Positions 1 to 7,079 of a DNA stretch of 64,000 bases are shown here, piece after piece. The stretch is from Capsulimonadaceae bacterium (GTDB taxonomy: Bacteria; Armatimonadota; Armatimonadia; Armatimonadales; Capsulimonadaceae). Position numbers and translations under genes: made by a program. Location: NCBI GenBank assembly GCA_965215505.1, contig OZ244065.1:2272001-2336000 (forward strand), given 5' to 3'. Positions within the stretch are counted from its first letter, which is position 1; each line of letters begins with the position of its first letter. The notes beneath the pieces are model-generated. The model did no database searches. It saw nothing but the letters and a program-made list of their open reading frames with translations, and was not told the origin of the DNA.

Positions 1-144
1 CATGCGGACGACGGGCGCGGCGGACGCGGAATGGGCGGCCATCGGGTGAGCGGGCTTGGGCGGCGCGGACAGGGCGGGCGATGCGAGGGCAGCAGCGCCA
101 ATCGCAGCGAGCGCGGCGGACAGGCGGGGAGAGCGAAGCTTCAT
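1..144 (-). CDS. 5' part of an exported protein running off the window edge (MKLRSPRLSAALAAIGAAALASPALSAPPKPAHPMAAHSASAAPVVRM...)
   Basis: Manual translation from ATG at 144. AAAGGAG RBS upstream, signal-peptide-like N-terminus and a promoter at 178-206. Confidence 0.7.
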   Translation of the reverse strand, partial: MKLRSPRLSAALAAIGAAALASPALSAPPKPAHPMAAHSASAAPVVRM

Positions 145-177
145 GGAGTCTCCTTTGGTGTGACTTCTTCAGCCGAC

Positions 178-206
178 ATTGTAGCACGCGGGCCGCCGCG
201 CGTCAA
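178..206 (-). promoter_or_regulatory. sigma70-type promoter TTGACG-17-TACAAT with extended -10 TG
   Basis: Reverse complement reads TTGACG (206-201), a 17-nt spacer, then TACAAT (183-178) preceded by TGC. Confidence 0.6.
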
Positions 207-1051
207 GGGAGCGGACGCTGTGAAAGCGGGCGGCGGCAGAAGCCGCGCAGCGCCCCGGCGAAGCCCGCCGGGTCGGTGTCCATCGGGCAGTGATGGGCGG
301 TCGGGAAGACCACAAGTTCGGCCCCGGTCAGGGCGTCTGCCAGGGCGATGGACCCGGCGAGGGGGACAACGGCATCCCGCGCGCCGTGCAGGATCAAGAC
401 GGGCAGGCGCAGGGCGAGGAGCCGCGTCGTTGGCAGCGGGTTGTCGGTGAGCGCCTGGAGCTGACGCTGGAGCATGCGGTCGTCCGGGTTTGCAAGGCCG
501 TACCAGTGCGTCCGCCGCGCTTGGGCCTGCCAGAAGCCGAGCGGGTTGTCGGGGCGGGTCCGACGTCCTGCCGCCGCCAGGGGCAAGGAGGCCAGACGCA
601 TCAGGCGTAGGGCTGGGATGCCCAAGCGACCGTGCAGCGGCCAGCGGGCGCGGACCGGCAGCGCGGTGGGGTCCAGGGCGGCATCCACGAGGACCAGGCG
701 GCGGGCGAGGCCCGGATAGTCGAGGGCGACCTGGGCGGCGAGGTTACCGCCCAGCGAGTGGCCGACGAGGGTGACGTGGTCCAGCCCAAGCCGAACACAC
801 GTCTCGGCCACCCACCGCGCCGTGTCCGACATCGTCCGCAGGCTTGGCGGCAGGGCGGTCCTGCCGGTGCCGGGCAGATCCAGGGCGATGCCCCGGAACT
901 CGCCGGACAGCCGGGCCAGCGTGTTCCACCACAGCTCCTTGCTGCCGCCCCAGCCGTGCAGGTAGAGGAGCGTTTCGGGCGCGTCCTCCGGCCCCGCCGC
1001 CAGCGCGCCGACACCGGGGAGGGCCGGCAGGTCAGCCGGAGTCGCCGCCAC
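203..1051 (-). CDS. alpha/beta-fold hydrolase
   Basis: LYLHGWGG oxyanion motif, GHSLGG nucleophile, HGARD Asp and AHH His. Start uncertain (GTG 1051 or 1108). Confidence 0.85.
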   Translation of the reverse strand: MAATPADLPALPGVGALAAGPEDAPETLLYLHGWGGSKELWWNTLARLSGEFRGIALDLPGTGRTALPPSLRTMSDTARWVAETCVRLGLDHVTLVGHSLGGNLAAQVALDYPGLARRLVLVDAALDPTALPVRARWPLHGRLGIPALRLMRLASLPLAAAGRRTRPDNPLGFWQAQARRTHWYGLANPDDRMLQRQLQALTDNPLPTTRLLALRLPVLILHGARDAVVPLAGSIALADALTGAELVVFPTAHHCPMDTDPAGFAGALRGFCRRPLSQRPLP

Positions 1052-2588
1052 CGCCAAAGTCCCCTCCCCCTCCGAAGTCGGCCCCGCCGCCGAAGTCTGC
1101 GCCGCCACTGTCGAACCCGCCGCTGTCCGTCATGAAGTCGGAACCGCCGGTGTCGGTGTAACCGCCGGAGTTGTCGTAGGCCGCCCCATTCGTCATGAAG
1201 TCGGAGCCACCGGTGTCGGTGTAGCCACCTCCCTGATAGCCGCCGTCCTGCATCGGCGCATCATAGCCCTGGTATATGGGCATGTCCGTTGCGAAAGCGT
1301 AGGGCGCATAGCCCATCCCGTAGGCGGGCGTGAGCAGGCCGCCCAGGAGTTCCGCGCCGACGAAGCCCGCGACCACGCCCCCGCCGAAGCCGCCCCAGCC
1401 GGCGTTCTCGTAGCGCCAGTAGTCGTTGTACGGGTCGTAGCCGTTGTAGGCGTACCAGGGGACATACTGGCCGCCCTGCTGGAAGGCCAGCACCTGCGGC
1501 ATCCGGCCCGCGCGCAGCTCGTTGGCCTCGTCGGGCGTCACTAGAACCTGACGGCTCTGGCCGCCGACGGTGAGCGTGACGGGGACGAGCGACCCCAGGG
1601 GCGCGGGCCGGCCCGAAAAGAACGAGACGCCGCGCTGGTTCTGCGGGATGGCGGCGACCTCGGGCTGGCTGTCCGGGAGCGGCGCGGGGCGCACGGCGTC
1701 GTCGCCAGGGATGTTCCCCACACCGCCGGTCGCGCGGTCCTGGTAGCGGCGGGCCTGGTCTATGTCCGCCTGGGCCTGGGCGAAGAGGGCCTGCGCCCGG
1801 TTCAGGTCGGTCAGCTCGGTCGCGCGGTCCATCGTCTTGACCGCCTGCTCGTACCGAGCCGAGGCGGACTGCCGGAAGGCACGCACCTGATCCGAGTCGG
1901 GGTTGTTCTTGGGCAGGACGTCCATGTAGCCGTCCAGGTACTCGATGCCGCTCAGGACATGCTCCCGGAGCGACTGGATCGGCCCGCGCGCCGCCGTGAG
2001 CGTCTGCCGCTTGCGCCGGGAGGCGGCGAGGAGCAGGCCGCCGATGACCAGGACCACGACGAGGAACACGACCCACAGGCCCGCCGAACTCCGGTATTCC
2101 TTGCCGTTGATGTCCGAGGCGACCGCCTGCGCCAGTGCCGCCGTGCCGTCCGTCGGATTGGTGAAGATAGCCGAGGCGTACTGCCGCGCGAGGCGCGTGT
2201 TTTCCTGCTCGTCCAGGCCCGTCGAGACGACCGTTACACCCGCCGTACCGGCCCCCTGGCCGTGAAGCACCACGACGACGAGGCCGTCCTTGTCAAGCCC
2301 CAGGCTCTGGTGCAGTTGATGGGCGTAGCCGTTCCGATTGCTCTGGCCCGGGGGCAGGGTCGCCAGCACGGCGATCTTAATGCGGGTGTGCGGGTTGCCC
2401 TGGGCCTGCATCGCCGCCTGCTCCAGCGTTTGGACGTTCACGCCGCTGATGCTTGGGTCCACATAGACGTTGCCCGCCGATAGGGCCTGAAAAGCCTGGT
2501 CAAGATCGCCCTGCTGCGCCCATGCGACTCCGGAGGTCAGCAGGCACAGCAGCAGGGCGAGGAGCGGGACGAAAGATTTGCGGATCAT
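1032..2588 (-). CDS. exported/membrane protein: TPM-like N-domain, one TM helix, helical region, Gly/Tyr/Asp-rich C-tail
   Basis: Signal peptide ending AWA-Q, TM segment LWVVFLVVVLVIGGLLLAASRRKR, and a GGGADFGG low-complexity tail. Confidence 0.7.
   Translation of the reverse strand: MIRKSFVPLLALLLCLLTSGVAWAQQGDLDQAFQALSAGNVYVDPSISGVNVQTLEQAAMQAQGNPHTRIKIAVLATLPPGQSNRNGYAHQLHQSLGLDKDGLVVVVLHGQGAGTAGVTVVSTGLDEQENTRLARQYASAIFTNPTDGTAALAQAVASDINGKEYRSSAGLWVVFLVVVLVIGGLLLAASRRKRQTLTAARGPIQSLREHVLSGIEYLDGYMDVLPKNNPDSDQVRAFRQSASARYEQAVKTMDRATELTDLNRAQALFAQAQADIDQARRYQDRATGGVGNIPGDDAVRPAPLPDSQPEVAAIPQNQRGVSFFSGRPAPLGSLVPVTLTVGGQSRQVLVTPDEANELRAGRMPQVLAFQQGGQYVPWYAYNGYDPYNDYWRYENAGWGGFGGGVVAGFVGAELLGGLLTPAYGMGYAPYAFATDMPIYQGYDAPMQDGGYQGGGYTDTGGSDFMTNGAAYDNSGGYTDTGGSDFMTDSGGFDSGGADFGGGADFGGGGDFGGGGDSG
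1128..1229. repeat. 39-bp imperfect direct repeat encoding GGYTDTGGSDFMT twice
   Basis: Copies at 1128-1166 and 1191-1229 differ only at synonymous positions. Confidence 0.85.
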
Positions 2589-2684
2589 TGGTGTCTCCGA
2601 TTGGCTCTACGGGTTGGGAATCGGCTTCGTTTCGGGAGCAGGCAGGCTGTCCCCTAACGTATCATACCCAAAGGAGGGCCTGCC

Positions 2685-3446
2685 ATGTTACTCGACGACA
2701 TCCTGACGACCCTGCGGCGGCTCGCGCCGGAAGAAACCGCGCTGGACGGTGACCCGGTCGGCCTGCTCATCGGGCGCGAGGCGGGGGACGTGACGCGGGT
2801 CGGCGTCTGCCTGGACTGCACGCCGGACGCGGCCCGGCGGACCGTAGAAGGAGACATCCACCTGGTCGTCGCCCACCACCCCTTGATCTACCGGCCTTTG
2901 AAGCGGCTGGGGACTGACCCCGTTTCGCGCGCCGTCGCCATGTTGGTGAAGGCCGACATCGCGCTGTATGCGATGCACACGAACTGGGACAGGGCGGCGG
3001 GCGGCATCAACGACACGCTGGCGGAGTGCCTGGAACTGAAGGAAGTCAGGCCGCTGGGGGCGGAGGGGGAGGCATCCCTGCCGCGCATCGGCGACCTCGC
3101 CCCGCCGCGCCCGCTGGCTGACTTCGTAAGATTTGTCGAGGCGGCCCTGGGGTGCGCGGGGACGAGCGCCCTGCGCGTGAACGGGGTTGACCCGAGCCGG
3201 ATGATCTCGCGGGTGGCGGTCTGCGGCGGTGCGGGCGCGGGGCTGGCCGAGGCCGCCCTTGCAGCGGGGGCGGAGGCGTATGTGACGAGCGACGTGCGCC
3301 ACCACGAGTTCTGGGAGGCCGAGGCGCGCGGTCTGGCCCTGCTGGACGCCGGGCATTCCGCGACCGAAACGCCCGGAATGCGCGCCCTGGTCCGGTCCCT
3401 GCCTGGGCTTCTGGAAGGGGTGGAAGTGGTGTGGGTGGGTGACTGA
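2685..3446 (+). CDS. Nif3/YbgI-like dinuclear metal centre protein
   Basis: D-x-VGLLIG, VAHHPLIY, HTNWD, GGIND, VAVCGGAG, SDVRHH and DAGH-x-x-TE motifs. AGGAGG RBS. Confidence 0.92.
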   Translation: MLLDDILTTLRRLAPEETALDGDPVGLLIGREAGDVTRVGVCLDCTPDAARRTVEGDIHLVVAHHPLIYRPLKRLGTDPVSRAVAMLVKADIALYAMHTNWDRAAGGINDTLAECLELKEVRPLGAEGEASLPRIGDLAPPRPLADFVRFVEAALGCAGTSALRVNGVDPSRMISRVAVCGGAGAGLAEAALAAGAEAYVTSDVRHHEFWEAEARGLALLDAGHSATETPGMRALVRSLPGLLEGVEVVWVGD

Positions 3447-3511
3447 GGCGGACCCCCTCCCCCGCAAGCGGGAGAGGGGCCGGGGGTGGGGGTCCGCCTC
3501 AGTCACCCACC
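3434..3511. repeat. perfect 24-bp inverted repeat enclosing a REP-like element; probable bidirectional 3'-end hairpin
   Basis: GGTGGGTGACTGAGGCGGACCCCC at 3434-3457 and its exact reverse complement at 3488-3511. Confidence 0.9.
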
Positions 3512-4842
3512 TTCTTCCGCACCAGGGAGGCGATCTCGTGGGCGAGGGCGTCTATCTCGGCCTGATCCGGGCCTTCGGCCATGACGCGCACCAGCTTTTC
3601 GGTGCCGGAGGCGCGGACGTTGACCCGGCCCCGGCCAGCCAGCCGGGCTTCGGTGGCCTGGATCGCCTTGGTGATGTCGGGGTCGGAGGCCCAGGACTGC
3701 CGATCGCGCACGCGGACGCCGAGAAGAATCTGCGGGTACTCGGTCATCTGGTCGGCCAGGGCGGACAGCGGGCGGCCCGTCTCGCGCATCACTTTCAGCA
3801 CTTGCAGGGCGGTCAGCAGGCCGTCGCCGGTCGTGGTCAGGTGGCCGAAGATCAGGTGCCCGGACTTCTCGCCGCCCAGGACGTGGCCGTCCCGCCGCAT
3901 GGCTTCGGAGACATAGCGGTCACCGACGGCGGTCCGCAGCAGGGTCAGCCCGGACTCGCGCAGGGCCACTTCCAGGCCCATGTTGCTCATGATGGTGCCG
4001 ACGACGGTGTCGTTCGCCAGTTTGCCCGACGCGGCCAGGTGCCGGCCCACCAGCAGCATGACGCGGTCGCCGTCCACCTTGCGACCCAGTTCGTCGGACA
4101 GGATCACGCGGTCGGCGTCGCCATCGAAGGCCAGGCCCATGTCCGCGCGTTCGGCGATGGTCCGCTGCATCATCTCCTCGGGATGGAGCGAGCCGCACCC
4201 GGCGTTGATGTTGACGCCGTCCGGGTCGCAGTGCAGGGCGACGACATCGGCCCCCAAGTCGGCGAAGACGCGCGGGCCGAGGACGGAGTTGGCCCCGTTC
4301 GCCGCGTCCAGGACGACGCGCAACCCGGCGAGCGAGACGCCGTCCATGGTTTCTTCCAGGTGTTCGGCGTACAGGCCCGCCAGGGCGGTGTCGTGGGTCA
4401 GCCTGCCCACGGCGGCCCCCGAGGGCCGCTCCCAAGTGTCAACCAGGGCGAGATGCGCCTCGATCTCGGCCTCCAGGGCGTCGTCCAGCTTGTAGCCATC
4501 CCCACCGAAGAACTTGATGCCGTTGTCGGCAAAGGGGTTGTGCGAGGCGGAGATGACGACCCCGGCATCGAAGCCCTGCATCCGCGCGATCCCCGCCACG
4601 GCCGGGGTCGGGACGACGCCCGCCGTGACGACGTGGGCGCCTATTGAACACAGCCCCGCCGCCAGGGCGGACTCGAGCAGCGTGCCCGAGACGCGCGTGT
4701 CGCGGCCGATGATGAACCGGGGGGTGTGCCCCCGGCCCAGTGTCCGGGCGGCGGACGCCCCCAGCGCGAGGGCCAGGGCGGGGGTCAGCTCGGTGTTCGC
4801 AACGCCGCGCACGCCGTCGGTTCCAAATAACTTCTCGGCCAT
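3499..4842 (-). CDS. glmM: phosphoglucosamine mutase
   Basis: FGTDGVRG, GVVISASHNP, AFDGDADR and GGEKSGH motifs. Canonical position after cdaA-cdaR. Confidence 0.96.
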   Translation of the reverse strand: MAEKLFGTDGVRGVANTELTPALALALGASAARTLGRGHTPRFIIGRDTRVSGTLLESALAAGLCSIGAHVVTAGVVPTPAVAGIARMQGFDAGVVISASHNPFADNGIKFFGGDGYKLDDALEAEIEAHLALVDTWERPSGAAVGRLTHDTALAGLYAEHLEETMDGVSLAGLRVVLDAANGANSVLGPRVFADLGADVVALHCDPDGVNINAGCGSLHPEEMMQRTIAERADMGLAFDGDADRVILSDELGRKVDGDRVMLLVGRHLAASGKLANDTVVGTIMSNMGLEVALRESGLTLLRTAVGDRYVSEAMRRDGHVLGGEKSGHLIFGHLTTTGDGLLTALQVLKVMRETGRPLSALADQMTEYPQILLGVRVRDRQSWASDPDITKAIQATEARLAGRGRVNVRASGTEKLVRVMAEGPDQAEIDALAHEIASLVRKKVGD

Positions 4843-4872
4843 GGAAAGGGTGTGTTCTCCTGTGTCTAAATC

Positions 4873-5883
4873 TTAGGGTGCTGCGGTAGGCAGTAACGGG
4901 TGGGCCGGGGCCACGCCGGGCGCGGCAGGGGCGGCTGGGGCCGCGGGCGGCGCGATGACGTGGACGGTCACGATGATCGGGCCGCGCGGGGTGAGCGTGA
5001 CGCCGGGGGGGACGACCGGCTCGACGCGCCGCACCACGTCCGAGGTAGCCCCGGAGACGTCAATCGGCTGAGTCGTCAGTGTTCCGACGGGCGCGAGCCG
5101 TTCGGGCCGCCCCTCGGCGATGACGGTGGCGGGCGCGGCCTCGATGTTGCCGAAGCGGTAGGGCGCGGCGGGCATCCCCTTGACGTCGGCGCTGACGATC
5201 AGGGTCTTGCGGGACAGGGCGGGCGTCATCCCCATGCGGACATGGGCGGTGGGCGGAGTGACGGTGACATCCCCGACGGGGCTGCCGGCGGCGTCCAGGG
5301 CGACGATGGTGAAGTCGTCGTCCACCGCCCCCGCCGCCTGGTCCGGGTCGGCCTGAGCGACGAGGCGGACGACGGAGTTGACGGCCGCGCGAGTGCCGGT
5401 GATCACGGCCTCACGCGGCGTGATGACGGGGGCGGTAAAGGCATAGGCGGCGGGCGCGGTGCCGATGTCGTCGGCGCTGATGGGGAGCTGACGGCGACGG
5501 CGGGGCTGCAAGACCAGGGCCACCGGATGCGGATCGGTTTCAACGGTGACATCGGCGGGCAGGGCGGACAGGTGGACAGTCAGGGGGGGCGTCTGACCCG
5601 CCCGCGCGTGGGAGAGGTCCACCCAGGCGGTGACGGTCGTGTCGGTCAGGCGTCCGATATCATCGGGCGGGCCGTCCAGCGTGACCGAGACGGACGGCAG
5701 AGATCTGTCGTCCAGGATCAAGTTCGGCGGCAGGTTGTGGACGGTCAGCGGCAGCATCAGGATGTGCGGCGGGCGCGCATTGATCAGCCCGGCGGCGTAG
5801 AAGTGCAGGACGACGGCGAAGAACAGGCACAGCAGCTTGTACCCGAAGTTGTGGCGGAACGCGCGCTGGAGGAAGGCGAGCAT
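4873..5883 (-). CDS. cdaR: YbbR-domain diadenylate cyclase regulator (CdaR-like)
   Basis: N-terminal TM (NFGYKLLCLFFAVVLHFY), repeated YbbR-like V-x-V-x-G-P modules, located between cdaA and glmM. Confidence 0.85.
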   Translation of the reverse strand: MLAFLQRAFRHNFGYKLLCLFFAVVLHFYAAGLINARPPHILMLPLTVHNLPPNLILDDRSLPSVSVTLDGPPDDIGRLTDTTVTAWVDLSHARAGQTPPLTVHLSALPADVTVETDPHPVALVLQPRRRRQLPISADDIGTAPAAYAFTAPVITPREAVITGTRAAVNSVVRLVAQADPDQAAGAVDDDFTIVALDAAGSPVGDVTVTPPTAHVRMGMTPALSRKTLIVSADVKGMPAAPYRFGNIEAAPATVIAEGRPERLAPVGTLTTQPIDVSGATSDVVRRVEPVVPPGVTLTPRGPIIVTVHVIAPPAAPAAPAAPGVAPAHPLLPTAAP

Positions 5884-5903
5884 GGTATGTCCTGGGCACC
5901 TTC

Positions 5904-6938
5904 CTAAGACCGCGTCTCGGCGGGGGAGGCCAGCTCCCCGGCGGGTTCGGGCAGGCGGGCCGGGTCGGGAGGACGGGCCGGGTCGGGCGCGGGTGGCCGG
6001 GCAGCGCTCGCCGCCGGAACCCCGCCCCCTTTGTTGGCTCTGCCGCTCGCCCTGGCCGGCCTTTCGCCGGCCTCGGCGGGGCGGGCGGCGCGGGGCCGGA
6101 TGAAGCCCCGGCGGCGGCGGACGCTGGGCCGGACGTGGCCGGTGTATTCGCGGATCAGGAGGTCGCGCAGCCGGCCGTCGTCGCGCAGGCCGCGCGCCAT
6201 CTTGCCCTCAAAGGCCAGCGAGATGATCCCGGTCTCTTCCGAAACGACTACGACCAGGGCGTCGCTCTGCTCCGAGATGCCCAGGGCGGCCTTGTGGCGC
6301 GTGTGGACCTGCATCCCCTGCACCTCGCGGATCTCGGACAGCGGCAGGGTGCAGCCGGCCGCCACGACCCGGTCGCGGCGGATGACGACCGCGCCGTCGT
6401 GCAGAGGGGAGCCGGGGTAGAACAGGGTGCAAAGCAGATCGTGGTTGACCTCGGCGTTAATCAAGGTGCCGTTGTCAATGATGTAGCCCAGGTTCGCCTC
6501 GCGCTCCAGCACCAGCAGCGCGCCGATCTTCTTGTCGGACAGGCTCTCGGCGGCCAGGACGATCTCGCCGACCATGGAGGACAGGTTCTCGCGGTCCAGA
6601 CCGGTAAAACCTTTACCCCAGAAGCCGAGCCGCCCGACTTCCTCCAGGGCGTGGCGCAGCTCGGGGTAGAACAGGATGACGATGGCGACCGGGCCGAGCG
6701 GGAGGATCTGCTGGAGCAGCCAGGAGAGGGCGGAGAGCCGCGCCCAAGTGGAGAAGAGCAGCATGCCGACGAACACGACCAGCCCGGTGATGATCTGCCA
6801 GGCCCGCGTCCCCTTCGCCAGCATCATCAAGCGGTAAATAAGGTAGGCGACGATAAGGATATCGGCCCCGGTCCGCACCAACCCCCAGGCGTCCCCCCCG
6901 AGCAGCCACTTCAGTCCGTTGTGCCACAGTTCATGCAT
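5904..6938 (-). CDS. cdaA: membrane-bound diadenylate cyclase
   Basis: Three N-terminal TMs, FYPELRHALE, SPLHDGA and HTRHKAALGISE (RHR-like) motifs, VVSEETG. Confidence 0.93.
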   Translation of the reverse strand: MHELWHNGLKWLLGGDAWGLVRTGADILIVAYLIYRLMMLAKGTRAWQIITGLVVFVGMLLFSTWARLSALSWLLQQILPLGPVAIVILFYPELRHALEEVGRLGFWGKGFTGLDRENLSSMVGEIVLAAESLSDKKIGALLVLEREANLGYIIDNGTLINAEVNHDLLCTLFYPGSPLHDGAVVIRRDRVVAAGCTLPLSEIREVQGMQVHTRHKAALGISEQSDALVVVVSEETGIISLAFEGKMARGLRDDGRLRDLLIREYTGHVRPSVRRRRGFIRPRAARPAEAGERPARASGRANKGGGVPAASAARPPAPDPARPPDPARLPEPAGELASPAETRS

Positions 6939-7020
6939 CGCGTGCCTTGCCCCGGCCCCTTCGTCCCCGTCGCCCCTCTATGCCAATTATGACACAAGCA
7001 GGGCCGTATTGCAAGGACGC

Positions 7021-7066
7021 AAAAACGCGGGGGCGGCTCCGAGAGTGATCTCGAAGCCGCCCCCGC
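7021..7066 (-). terminator. intrinsic terminator downstream of the S53 protease gene
   Basis: GCGGGGGCGGCT/AGCCGCCCCCGC stem followed by a T-run on the minus strand. Confidence 0.75.
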
Positions 7067-7079
7067 ATCCCGAAGGGCT

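Noticed and set aside
6940-7075. Possible c-di-AMP or glmS-type riboswitch upstream of cdaA
   Set aside because: Only a terminator hairpin and a short promoter-like stretch are present, with no recognisable aptamer consensus.
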